Part shown: in pieces, positions 49,459-61,975 of the stretch | Layout: each line of letters opens with the position of its first letter | Position numbering within the stretch: the first letter of the stretch is position 1 | From: Podarcis filfolensis | Taxonomy: Eukaryota | NCBI GenBank assembly: GCA_964270895.1 | Contig: OZ185450.1 | Length of the DNA: 63,931 nt | Reading direction: 5' to 3' (one strand) | The notes under the pieces: generated by a model | The model's input: only the letters and a program-made list of their open reading frames with translations | The model's database searches: none | Told to the model about the DNA's origin: nothing | Made by a program: the position numbers and the translations under genes

Positions 49459-51357
49459 TTAGAACAGGCCTAGCAGGGGTCTTAGTTTGGCCTGAGAGGC
49501 AGTTTCCCCTAAAACATGTTCTCTTTCTGCACATGTGATGTCAGGTGAAAATGCATCTGAGAAAAAATAAATAATTGGGAGCCTGAAGCATGCATCCAAT
49601 TGTTCGTTGGCAAGTGGAGATTGCTGATTGGTGCCGATTGCAAGTGTCTTTGAGGCTGCCCATTCACAGGTGCAGCTGGGGTTTGTTGCAGAGGGAAAAT
49701 GTCCATTTACAGGCATGGTTTGAATCCAAACTGCACCTGCAAATGGACAAAGCAGAACTCACTGTCACCGCCAATGAGCACCAAGAATGGTCAGTGGGAA
49801 CGTATCTTAAACATCTTCACAGGGTTCATTTCCAAGCATGATTCAAAGTGCTGGTGAGTCCTTTGAAAGCCCTAGGTGGAGCACCTAACTCCACATTGGC
49901 CTGCCTTTGCAGCGAGATTGCCACTTCAGGTCCCTCTGGATGCTCCTGGCTAGAGGTGAGTTGCAAGAAGGGTCTTCTTGGTTGTGGCACCCTGCATAAG
50001 GAAGACTCTTCTTAAGAGGTTTTCCTGGAACTGACTACGCCACAGGCCTTATTCTCTTACTGTTAATATCACCTACTCTTTTAATTATTATGCTTGTTGT
50101 ACATTTTCTTGTTCTGTTTAACTGATGCGAGCTGCCCTGAGAATATTTATGTTGAAAGGCAGCATACAAGTTTTTTAAAAAATTATCAATGATGCTGCAA
50201 GACAGCCTCCTCCATTGGAGTGAATTGGAGAATTGGTTGACTGTCACATCCTAGAGTCTTGGCAACTTGAGTTCAAAATGAACTCTACCGTACAAGATAC
50301 ACATTCTCAGAATCTGAGGATTCACAGGATTGTATCCAACATTAGCCATACTTGTGGGCAGACACACTGAAATTAATGGGCATGACTCACTTAGGCTGAT
50401 TAATTTCAATGAGTATACACTGAGTAGAACTTATTTTGGTACACTCAGTACATCCAGATATAGAGATTTTATTGCTGGGGGGGAAAGTTGGTGCTTACTC
50501 ACAAAAAGGGGAAGTATAGTAGTTTATCAGTACAGACAAAAACTGGCAGAAGCACACACAGAATAAACAGAGATAGATCTGCATTTCTAAAGCACTCTTC
50601 ACTCTTAAGAAAAATATGCAGGCTTGCACACTGCTGCCGCTGCCTCTCCTGCACACGGTTCCTCTTTCAAAACCCTTTCTCGCTCAAGAGACATTTGTTG
50701 TGTTTGCCTTCTCTTCCTGAATGTGAGATTCACTGGGCTGCTGTATATATGGGGCTACTTTAGTTTATAATTCTTTAACTTACCGTACTAGGCTGAATGT
50801 GTATTACCGTTGGTTCTTGGTTTTTTAATCATTTATATTTTATTATGCTTCTTTTTATTTGATAATGTGCATTTGTATGTGTTGGAAGCTACCTTGGGAG
50901 GGCTTGACACTTCCTGCATATATTCTAAAGGGAATAAAAATTAATAACCTATAGTCTGTAATGATTAAATTGGCAGGGTATGGTCGGTGCTTACCTAAGA
51001 GAAACCATTGTTTGAAGTGGGTTTCCAGTTCTGTTTTGCAGGGCAAGAACTAGGAACAAGGAATAAAGGCAGTTGCCTTATATAGTACAAGTTATACCAC
51101 ATCAGACCATTGCCCATCTAGCTTAGTATTGCCTACACTGACTGGCAGTGACTCTTCCTAGGAGCCATTTGATTCATTCACCATGGCAATAGTGCTAAAC
51201 AGGAAACAAATCGAAGCTGCATGGAAGAGGGAACTATTTTGAGTGTTTAAGGGCTTCCCCCACTTTCTGATCCTAGAAACCATAATCTGGAGAGCGGTAT
51301 AAACTGACATACACACATCTGCAGAAAGTGGAGCTCCCTCTAAGCGCCTGCACGTAC

Positions 51358-51464
51358 CTGTAATAAACACCAATGTGCCCTTCTTCGATCTTGTGTATTG
51401 CAGAAAAAAGAGCAGCTGCCACCAGGCTGGCAGCTAGCGCTGCTATGGCACCCAGCTGAGTCAT
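51358..51464 (-). CDS. ERLIN2: ERLIN2 exon 2 coding part (ER lipid-raft protein 2, SPFH domain); exon starts at 51479
   Basis: [35 protein letters not shown](R) versus human [36 protein letters not shown]. Donor AG|gtacgt; 107 nt. Confidence 0.96.
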
Positions 51465-54400
51465 CCCTGAGAGTATAATCTAGACAAGAAGGAGAACGGC
51501 AGGGAAGGAAAGAAAAGAAAAGAACAATGAGTCCTGCAATACTTTAGAGCTCTGTGTGGAAACTAGGCCCATTATTCTGAACCTCTGGGGACAGGATGTC
51601 CTGCCTTAGAGCGTTATATATTAAGCAGTTAAGAATGCCCTTTGCTTGATCAGATCGAGGTCCACTTTGTCCTATCCTCCTTCCATGCCCAAATGCCGTA
51701 TCGCAAGCTCCCAAACAGAGCACAAAGGAACAGGCTAATATCTCCTGTTTGTCCCGAAGCTCTCAATTCTTTTCTATGCCCTGGAACACTGAGATTCTCT
51801 TTCATCCACCACAGCTGATGGTCCTTTGTTGTCCTATCCTCCAGGACTGTCTTGCTTGCCTAATTTGTCTTTTGATTCCCTGCTTCAAATTCCATCTCCT
51901 GAGAATCTCGGATGTGGTTTTTTTTGTGTGTGTTTTTTTAAGACAAGTGTCTACTTCTCACAATGTGTGGGCAGAACCTAATGAAACTGCACAAGCTGGA
52001 AACAGGACTTCCAATAACCAGGAGCTAAGGTTTCTGAGCAGCCTTCTCCAAACTTGGATTCTCCAATGTTGCTGAACTACAATCCCTGCACAAACAGACA
52101 CCCAAACACACCCACCCCTGATTGTTGGCCATGCTGGCTGGAGATGATGGGCATTGCACTCAACAACAACTCAAGACTCATGGTTGGGGGAAGCTAATCT
52201 GGATCATAAGCCTTGTCCCTCCTCCCAAACAGCTAGCAAAAATGATGAACAACCATCACTTGCACATCAACTTTGCCAAGTCTGTTTAGATAAGATTATT
52301 TGGGAGGGACACTTCAGAGCAAAGGCTGTAATCCTAGGGTGTTTCTCAAGCACTCCCTTCGGAGCTTCCAACATACTAGAAGCTACATATCCAAAGGAAT
52401 CAAGAAATAAGGGCTATTGAAAGAGATGTGCCTTACAAGCCCCTAGTCCATTTTGTGCAACTTCAACTAAAAGGCACTAAATCCATATTCTAAGAGCTGC
52501 AATACTGAACAAAACAAAAACTAAAAGTGGTTCCCTCAATAAACCAGCAGTGCTTTTCTTTTTAAAGTTAATTTTAGAGGTTAATGACAACATGCCATTG
52601 AACTTCTCTCTTGTGTAGAAGGGAATGCTTCTACAATTATGTATATTGCAACACATGTGCATAAACTTAAGGAGAAGTATGATATTTCCTTGGAATTATG
52701 GTCTTGTCTATGTGCATTTATATAGAAATATAACTGATTGGCTAGAACCTGTGAAATTAATAATCGAATATTTCTTTAATCAGGTGAACAACCCTAACTA
52801 AAAACCGTTAATTAAAAAATGTTGGGTAACAAGCTCCAGATTCACATTTTCTCTCTGTTTTCTCCTCCTCTCCACCACAGCAGCTTACATCTATCTTCCC
52901 CAGATGACAGATGCCCAGTTTGCAAGTTGAAAATTGTGCATATAGAAAATAGGAGCACAGAAAGCTGCCTTCTACTGAGCCAGACCATTGGTCTTTCTAG
53001 TTCAGTAAAGTATTGTCTACACTGACTGGCAGAAACTTATTTAGATTTCAGACAGGACTCGTTCCCTGCCCTACCTTAAGATGCAAGGGACTGAACCTGG
53101 GACCTTCTACAACACAAAGCAGATACTCTATGACTCTTCCCCTTGGAGATTCTGCCTGTAACACTAGATCCACACACAAAAATTGGCTGCAGCTATGTCT
53201 TCGGCTACCCTCCTTCCACTCTTCTCACATCACTGGCTTCACTCCCTTTTGTCTCTGATCTGCTGCTGAGGCAAGGAATACTACTGTTCTCAAACAAGTT
53301 ACAGTGCCCCATGTCTACCCTTTAAAAGCAAACCCTACTGAGTTCATTGTGGTTTACTCCTAGGTAAGTGGGGCTAGGATTGCAGCCCTGAGGCAAGATC
53401 TCTGGGTCATATCCTGGACGACTCTACGTCTTCATGATGCCATTAGAGAAAAGCTCTTTCTGCTTGCCCCTCATGAGGTGGGTGGCCCCATTGAAATGAG
53501 CAGCAAATGTACAAGAGCATTATATCCATGTACCATTCATCTTACACAGGACTTCCCAATGGATTGTGCCCAAATTTCTCACATCCATCAGATGGACACT
53601 GCATGTCTTGAGGAATAGGATGGACACTATTTCAGAAATCAGTGTGCTGCCAGCAGTAGGCAACCACAGCACATAAATGCCTATATTGCAGGTGGGGAAT
53701 CTCAGGACTAGAGGCCAAAAGTGGTCCTCCAAACCTCTCAATCTGCCCCATGGGACTCTCCCCAGACCACATCCCTCCCCATACCTATTTGAGACTCTCA
53801 GGTGGCTGGCCGGAATGTGTCCTTGAACTCAGATAATGCCGGGGGCGCGTGCGCGTGATTGTTATTACCATTATTAGTACACAGAGGAAGAAGAGCAGTG
53901 TGCATAAAAGCTGGCCTACTGAGCAAAAGTAGTATTGGAATGTTTTTGCTTCAGGTCCCACCCACCACTGGCATGTGGCTCTTGTAAAGTTGTCCAGAAG
54001 GGAATGTGGGCCTTGGGATTCACCTTTGGTCTACAGAGCAGCAACCCGATTACTTCTAGGAATCAGCCCAGCCACACACTGTTAGCAGGCGATGCATTCA
54101 TCTAAGATTTTGGGCATCACATGGCAGGACATAGTCTCAAAAAAAGGTGTGCTCTGCAAAGCCCACATTCCCAGCATTCTATCTCAGCAACATGGCTCGG
54201 TCATGTACACAGAATGAAAGACAGCAAGATCCCCAAGGGATCTGGCCTCAGGCCTGTTGGCAGACCAACTCTGCATTATAAAGGTGTCAGCAAACCTGAC
54301 ACGAAGACTAGGAACATTAACCCTGCTGTGTGGGAATTCTTTGCGGTGCTTGGAGGCAGACTGTCAGGTCCTGTATCCACAGCAATGACCAGAGGAGAAA

Positions 54401-54786
54401 TGACCGCTGGGAGGAGCACAGAGCCCCAATGGTTTGACTTTACCCCCAATGGCACAATCTTCCACAGTCTCCTGAGACGGATGGAGGCCAACAACATATG
54501 TGAGCAAGGCAATGCATTCTGCTGTGAGAAGTCCATGGACACTTTAGGAAATTACTTAAATAACTTTATTTCCTGTTCTCTTCTCATTAAGATAAGAATT
54601 AAGATGAATAGAAAACAGGAACACAGGCTATGCAACTCTGCTGTTTCTTAAAGCAGAGAACACAAGAGTCACAGGACTTCTTCCCAGGATGTGTCTGTGT
54701 GCAACAGTGAGAATGACTTCTTTTCTAGAAAGCCAAGAGGTGAGAACTCACGTTACTTCAAAACACCCCAGACTACCCAGCATGTT

Positions 54787-55010
54787 AAAACAAAAAAAAT
54801 TTTTTTCTTCCAGTAGCACCTTAAAGACCAACTAAGTTAGTTCTTGGTATGAGCTTTCGTGTGCATGCACACTTCTCAGTATCTGAAGAAGTGTGCGTGC
54901 ACACGAAAGCTCATACCAAGAACTAACTTAGTTGGTCTTTAAGGTGCTACTGGAAGAAAATTTTTTTTTTTGTTTTGACTATGGCAGACCAACACGGCTA
55001 CCTATCTGTA
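54787..55010. mobile_element. Penelope-like element end with an inverted copy (long hairpin)
   Basis: ccagtagcaccttaaagaccaactaag...gagctttcgtgtgcatgcacacttc and its reverse complement; tail ttgactatggcagaccaacacggctac resembles reptile Penelope termini (from recall). Confidence 0.7.
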
Positions 55011-55811
55011 CCCAGCATGTTAGATATCCAAGAGCCACAATGGTGATTTCTGAGATGCAGCTACAAGACAGTACCAGGGATTTGGTGCTTGTGAAAGCTC
55101 TTCACTGGAGAGGTGACAATTCACAAAACAAGAAATGGTTTTGACTAGGAAGTGGAGTGGATAGGAAAGGATATGCAGTCTGCAAAGCAGAGAAAGGACC
55201 TTCCAGAGCAGGGTGGTCCAACATGTGGCCCTCAGAAACATTTGGCACCCTACCCCCCAGCCTTTCCAAAGGCTGCCTTTCCAAAAGCACTAGGCTAGTT
55301 AGTGCTTTCCCAGCTTTAGGAAAGAGGAGGGAGGGCTCTAGGACACTGCCAGAGCTTCACACCTCCTTCCCAAAGCCTGGTGTTGCTTAGCTGACTTGAG
55401 AGCTGGGTGTCCTCATCAAATGTTGGTCTCACTCCCCCGCCCCACAGGACAAGGCATTGTGTGGCCTGCAGGTTCCGTGTCCAAGTACTCTTGTGACTCA
55501 CTTGGTATGAAAAGCTGAACCCCACTTTGCTTTACGGTTCTAACCCAATCTGCTGAATTTTCAGGGTGGTGGCCCCAGGAGGGCAGCTCTACCTTGGGGT
55601 GAAGTATGATATAAGGAATGTCCACATGACATTAATCCACAAATCAAAAGACAAGAGAAGCAGCTACAACACAGTACGAAACTTCATCTATCAATAATGT
55701 TATTTGCCCTTCCACATAGCCCACAATTCACTGCATCTCCCACCAAAGCAGGAGAAAAACAGCTGAAAAGTATTTGAGATCTCAAAATGGTCAAGGGGGT
55801 GAGGTAACTCC

Positions 55812-56180
55812 CCTATGAGGAAAGGTTGCAACGTTTGGGACTTTTCGGTTTAGAGAAAAGGCAAGTAGGAGGCGACATGTTATAAGTTTATAAAATTATT
55901 CATGACATAGAGAAAGCGGATAGAGAAAGGTTCCTTCCCCTTTCTCACAACCCATGAACTCATGAACATCCAAAGAAGCTGAATTTTGGAAGACTGGCTA
56001 TATTCTACCTCCACTGTCAAGAGACAGTATGCTTCTGAATACCAGTTCCTGGGAATCACAGGTGTGCAGAGTGCTGTTGTGCTCAGGTTCTGCTTGCAGG
56101 CTTCCCACAAGCATCTGGCTGGCCACTGTGAGAACAGGATGCTGGACTAGACAGAGCCTGCTGGATCAGGCCAGTGGCCT
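55812..56180 (+). mobile_element. CR1 LINE 3' fragment with internal deletion
   Basis: Encodes YEERLQRLGLFGLEKRQVGGDML.VYKI (CR1 ORF2 C-terminus), then the CR1 3'UTR. Confidence 0.8.
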
Positions 56181-56765
56181 TCTTAGCCAAGTCTAGAGCT
56201 CTAAACTCTGTGGGCAGCACACCTGTTTACCTACAAACCCCACTGAACACCTGGGACTTGTTTACAAGTAAATATGCACAAAACAGAGCTGTAGGGGTTG
56301 GGCAGATTCTCTCCAATGGCTACAGCATTCAATGTGACATTAATTACTGGAGCTTGACCAAGTCCTCTCCTTTAAGCCTTTTCAGGAAATGGCTGGTGCC
56401 AGACACACAAGACTGCCAGCGTGGTTAAGCAAACTTGAGCACTGGAGAAGGACTGAGGAGGACAGGCTCCAAATACTGCTCAGACACAAAGTTCATTGGG
56501 AGATCCTGGGCCACCTGACACCAAAACACAGCCCTAGGCTACCTCACAAGCTCGTTATGAGAAGGGAAGAGCTCATCTAGAACCTTCTTTTGTGTGTTGA
56601 AATACTTTCTTTTTAAAAAATCTCCCAGTCTTTTAAAAAGTTTTGAGTTCTGGGAATATAAATATACATACTGTATTTTTAAAAACCTGCTATTTTAATC
56701 TATTGAGTTTCACTCTGGTCTGCCCCGCCCCCCTTGCCTGGCTTTCTTTGGATTTCATTGCACTG

Positions 56766-57089
56766 TAAAGGTAAAGGTACCCCTGACCATTAGGTCCAGT
56801 CGCGGACGACTCTGGGGTTGCGGCGCTCATCTCGCTTTATTGGCCTAGAGAGCCGGCGTTTGTCCGCAGACGGCTTCCAGGTCATGTGGCCAGCACGACT
56901 AAGCCGCTTCTGGCAAACCAGAGCAGCACACGGAAACGCCGTTTACCTTCCCGCCGGAGCAGTACCTATTTATCTACTTGCACTTTCGAGCTGCTAGGTT
57001 GTCAGGAGCAGCAACAGGAGCTCAACCAGTTGTGGGGATTCGATCGGCAAGCCCTAGGCTCTGTGGTTTAGACCACAGCGCCACCCACA
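56766..57089 (-). mobile_element. Sauria SINE
   Basis: taaaggtaaaggtacccctgaccattaggtccagtc...ccacagcgccaccc; a central segment is deleted relative to the 4088 copy. Confidence 0.88.
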
Positions 57090-57349
57090 TCTGTATTCTG
57101 CTAATAACCAACCAGTTAGCGAGGCAGGACAGAGATGGGGCCCTCCTAAAAAAATAAAATAAAAGGTCAACAAGTTTCGGGATGTAAAAAGCGGCTCCCT
57201 ACGTGTCAGCTGGGTAGGAAGGGAGAGACAAAAAATTCCTTATTATTGTTACTGTTATTTAAAGAAAGCAGGGTGCAAGGGCGTAGCAGGCTTTATGTTG
57301 GGTGGGGGGCAGAACCGAGTTAAGTGTTTTTTTATTAATTCTTGACTTG

Positions 57350-57930
57350 GGAACCGGCCGCTGCCCCCCCTGCATCCCCCCATGGCTACAACCAATGGCA
57401 AGGTGGCCCTTAAAAGAACAGGCGAGGGAGGGCCGGGGAAGGACCATGGGGTCCTGGCTTTAGAGCAGGGAGGCCTGGCTGGAGCGAGCAGAAGCAAGAC
57501 GGACCCTGTAACCGGGCGAGAGGGGTGGGAGCCCGGCTGGGAGGAGGAGGAGGAGGCCCTGCCTAGTCGAGGGGCCGGGGAGGAGGAAGAAGGCGGCCAG
57601 GGGCCAAGGAGGGCCGGCCTGGGAAGTGGCCCACCCCCCGCACCCCGCGCCTCAGCCGCTCGCACTCACCGCCGCCACCTGCTCCTCCTGCACCAGCTGC
57701 TGCCGCGACTTCCGCGTCGTCGCTCCCGTGACGCCATCAGCCCCCGACGCTTCCGCCCCTCCCCGCCTTTCCCTCCCTGCAGTTCCTGCGCCGGCTCCGG
57801 CAGAGGGCGCGAGAGAGCCGGTGCCGGGTTTCGTTTCGCTTTCGAAGAGAGTCACTTTGGGCTCCGCAGCTGGCTAAGGCTGATGGGAGTTGTAGTCCGA
57901 GGCGCCAGGTGGGCAAGGCTTGCGCAGAGA
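57350..57930 (-). promoter_or_regulatory. ERLIN2 CpG-island promoter
   Basis: GC/CpG-rich. ETS motif ACTTCCG at 57708-57714, YY1-like CGCCAT at about 57732-57737, ZNF143/THAP11-type TGGGAGTTGTAGT at 57884-57896. Confidence 0.8.
57670..57800 (-). other. ERLIN2: ERLIN2 non-coding exon 1 (5' boundary approximate)
   Basis: Within a CpG island, strong donor CG|GTGAGT at 57669-57664. The next exon has 15 untranslated nt before the ATG, as I recall for human ERLIN2. Confidence 0.7.
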
Positions 57931-58978
57931 GGCAGTGGGGGTTAGTGGTTAGATTTCAGAGCAGAGCCAGGGAGAAGAAGGGTGGCCGGTTTCTAAAAAT
58001 AGGAAGGGGGGGGGGATTTCCATAAAATTTTGCCAGTGCCAACACCCAGATGCAAATATAATTTGAATATAAATGCAACGACAACGTTTCATTTGTAACC
58101 GAAAATAAAACATTTTTTTTTTTTAAAATGCAGTAATGTCAGCAGGAGGTTTTTGTCGGGAATCTCAGACAAGTTATGAGACTCTGACCACTACTTCAGC
58201 CCGTGATTGCCAGCTTGCAGTTATATAGGAGAAGTGCCAGCCACCACGTCAAAAAATATGGGGACACTACAAACTTGGAAGTGAAATCATTTGCGGGAGG
58301 GATATGTTGAACCTACAGCTCATTTCTAATCTCAAAGGGCTCTCGGAGCGCTAGTTTGGAGGATCATATTTCAACTAAGCCAGTGGTTCTCAAACTTTTT
58401 TCCCTCCAGGCCACACTTTCAGAATAAAAATTTGCTCGTGCCACACCGATTTTTTTAATTAATAAGAAATACATTGGAAAACAACTAGCAGCACTTGATT
58501 TATAAGATAATGCACAGCTACTTTATAATATGACCATGGGGCACCCAGAAAGTATAACACAATGCAGCTAAATAAGAACATGAATCATTCCCCAAATACA
58601 GTATTGATTGTCCTTGAATCTTGCCTCCATACTTGCCACCCTCTCCTGCCCCACCAGTGTGGTGTGCAACATCCTTCGAGAATCACTGGAAAGCCACTGG
58701 AAGTTTCTTGGCTTGTGGTAACAGTGTTCCGTAGAAGTGAAAGATGGACCTAGAGTGCTTTATCTTGCTTTAATTTCTCATCGTTCTACAGGACGGGCAG
58801 ACCACATGCCTGCTGCAGATGCCAAAGGCATTAATTCCTGTTGCATTTATTCCTTCTTTTGCAGGACGGGTAATCCAGTTTGAGAAGCCCATCAGTGCAA
58901 GTGTCTCCATTGCCCAGGGAGAGAGGTACCGGTATTTGTCTGCAATTGAGCAAGGTAACTCACAGGAGCGTGGAGAGC

Positions 58979-59125
58979 CAGTGGCGTAGCGTGGGGGGTG
59001 CAGGGGGGGCCGGCCGCACCGGGCGCAACATCTGGGGGTTAGGGTTAGGGGGCGCAAATCCACGGGTTAGGGGGCGCAAATTACTTGCCTTGCCCCGGGT
59101 GCTGACAACCCACGCTACGCCACTG
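58979..59125 (-). mobile_element. hAT MITE, same family as 18174-18331, opposite orientation
   Basis: TIR CAGTGGCGTAGCGTGG on both ends; 8-bp TSD TGGAGAGC / TAGAGAGC. Confidence 0.88.
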
Positions 59126-61007
59126 TAGAGAGCAGAGGAGAAAGGGTGAGTTGGAGAAAAAATACCAGGTGATAACAATGCAGTGCTAGCATCCTTGTAT
59201 ATCACTTCTTTGAAAGTAGCCAGTACAGTTTTTATTTTCTTCAGAGCTTGAGTGGTGTAGTGGTTTGAGTCTTGATCCAAGATCTGCTTCCAATTCCCAT
59301 TTAGCCACAAAGCTGCAAAAGTGACCTTAGGCTAATCACCATCCCTCCTCCTACCCTACCTTCCAGGGTTACTGGATCACAGAGGGCAAGAAAAAGGACC
59401 ATGTATGCTGTTCTGACCTTGAAAGAAGAGGTGAGCTAAAAATGTTACAAATTGAAAGCGGGTATACCTGGTAAATGTACTCACTTTTAAATAACATGCC
59501 CCCTAAGAGGCATGCCCCATCATCCCTTGAATTCTGAGTTACCTTTTGGATCTGTTCCTTAGGACAGAAAATATTCAGCATGTGATTCTGTGCTAATGAA
59601 TGGGGTGAAAACCGTTAGATTTCAGATCTGTGCAAATCTTCATGCGTAACTTTGCAGGCGGGGAATACATTGTGTAAGTGACTCAGGCAGCCTCTCATCT
59701 TAATACTGATACAAATCTGAGGTCACTACAGAGGTGCGATGTCATGGGAAGACTTTGGCAGAAATTCCTAGCCTCTTTTCTTTCATGGCTAAAAATTAAA
59801 AACAATAAAAATCTGTAGATGATTAAAAAGGAATAAAAATATGTTTTCTATTATAATGTATGCTTGGTCAAATGGAGGAGCAATAATAAGAGTGTCAGAT
59901 CATGCAGAAATATATTAAATATTGTGTGTGTATGTGTAACTGCTGAAGGGACTATAAAGAAACATAGGGGAAAAAGACCTATAAAACGTCAATAAAAGAG
60001 AATAATTTTATATTTAGTCAATATAAATCTCATTGAGTATGTATGAGTGTGTACTTTATACACACACAAACAAACCAAACCTGTCAGAAGAATTCTGTGC
60101 CAATTTATAAAAATGAGTAATGAAATATCTGCAATATTTGTCAATCCAAATTTTACAGCTCCAAAATAAGTGTTAAAAAAGGTGTCTGGAATGAAATACG
60201 CCCTGCATTAAGTTTTTAAATACTTGCCCAGATTTAAAGCCTCAATAAAATGTATTAAATCTTTTAAGGTTTTTAATGAATCTAGCACGTGTTTCATAAA
60301 TCACGGAGCTTGGCTCAGCCCCTTTGTGTTTTAATAACTGTAAGCTAAGAAATTGCTCTGAGCTAAGACGAAACGCATTCCTATAACGGAAGGGGAAAAC
60401 AGGGTTTTTTAACAACAACAACAAAAATCCTTGCTCATTGCTGAGACTGACTTTGGCCTGTAGATCAGAACCTGTCTGCTGATCCATGGTTAACAGCATC
60501 AAGATGTGACCTAGTGATGCAAAGGTAATATTATTAGTAATAACTCCAGAAATAAAAGAAATCTACAAGGAGACATTAGCAGAGACGTCGTGCCATCTCC
60601 TGATACATATCTCGGGGTACTATCATTTTTTATTCACATGCCACACGAGCGTCTCAAGGTATTTTAAAATCAGCAAAAAAAGGGAAAAGGTTTAAAATTC
60701 AAGAAACAAGAGGCATATTTAAACAAAAGAAGCAGAAACAATACAAAACAGGCACCCAGCAGAGACCTAGAGAGTAGACAAGGTTGGGATTGCACTGTTA
60801 CTTAAGTCAATTCATTGCAATGGGTCTCACTGACCACACATCCCTCTGCCCCATGCTTGATGCCCTCGACATGTTGGAGGGCAAACGTCAGCCGCAGGAA
60901 GCCTGCTGTACTTGTGTAGTTTCATTTTACACAAATAGGTCAGACACCATCAATAATAACAACAAAACAGTCAAGGTATGAAAACATAAGACTTGTTTTC
61001 TCCTGCA

Positions 61008-61200
61008 CTTTCTGACTGTAAGAACTGCTTGACTGTGGAACGGTTTCCCTCAGAAGATGGTGGACTCTCCTTCCTTGGAGATTTTTAAGCAGAGGCTGGA
61101 TGGATGGCCATCTTTCATGGGTGCTTTAGCTGAGATTCCAGCATCGCAGGGGGTTGGACTAGATGACCCTTGTATCCCCTTCCAATTCTACAATTCTGTG
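61008..61200 (+). mobile_element. CR1 LINE 3' end
   Basis: gactctccttccttggagatttttaagcagaggctggatgg...gggttggactagatgaccc...ccttccaattctacaattct. Confidence 0.8.
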
Positions 61201-61409
61201 TAGCTGCCTCAAGACCCATCAGGGGGAAATGTAGGGTGTGTGTGTGTGTTCAACTATTTTATTCTTGTTTTCATTATAGTGTATATTGCTTTGAGATGCT
61301 TCACGGAAGGAATTAATAAATGCAATCAATGATAACATTTCATTTGAACCAACCGGGACCCTGAGACCCATGTGAGGTGCCTCTTTGTGTGTCCCCTCCA
61401 TAATAATAA

Positions 61410-61650
61410 AAAAATAATAATAATACTTATTATTTATACCCCGCCCATCTGGCTGGGTCTCCCCAGCCACTCTGGGCGGCTTCCAACAAAGATAAAAAAT
61501 ACATTAAAATGTTACACATTAAAAACTTCCCTGAACAGGGCTGCCTTCAGATGTCTTCTAAATGTCAGGTAGCTGTTTTTCTCTTTGACATCTGATGGGA
61601 GGGTTTTCCACAGGGCGGGTGCCACTACCAAGAAGGCCCTCTGCCTGGTT
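61410..61650 (-). mobile_element. L2 LINE 3' fragment
   Basis: QGTRQRAFLVVAPALWKTLPSDVKEKNSYLTFRRHLKAALFREVF; (TAT)n tail. Confidence 0.85.
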
Positions 61651-61689
61651 CCCTGTTGCTTTGCCTCCATGAAAAGTCTAGAGGGTGGT

Positions 61690-61975
61690 GGCACAAGAAT
61701 GGGCTTTTTCTGCGGTGGCTCTCCGTTTGTGGATGCTCTCCTGGCACCTTCACTGCATATCTTTAGGTGCCAGGCGAAAACATTCCTCCATAATCAGGCC
61801 TTTGGCTGATTAATCTATGGCCTTTTAAATGTGCTTGCGAGAGGAGGGGTTTTTGCTATGTATTTTGTTCTGTTTTTGCTATGTATTTTGTGGTCTCATT
61901 TTGTGTTTTTATGCTGCAAACCTCCCCGTGATCTTTGGATGAAGGGCGGAATACAAATTTAATAATAATAATTAA
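61690..61975 (+). mobile_element. Older L2 3' fragment, back-to-back with the previous one
   Basis: gggctttttctgcggtggctc...tgtgg...aggcctttggctga...gaagggcggaatacaaattt(aat)n. Confidence 0.6.

Noticed and set aside
57255-57945. 187-aa and 136-aa ORFs at the ERLIN2 promoter
   Set aside because: CpG-island low-complexity ORFs with no homology signal.
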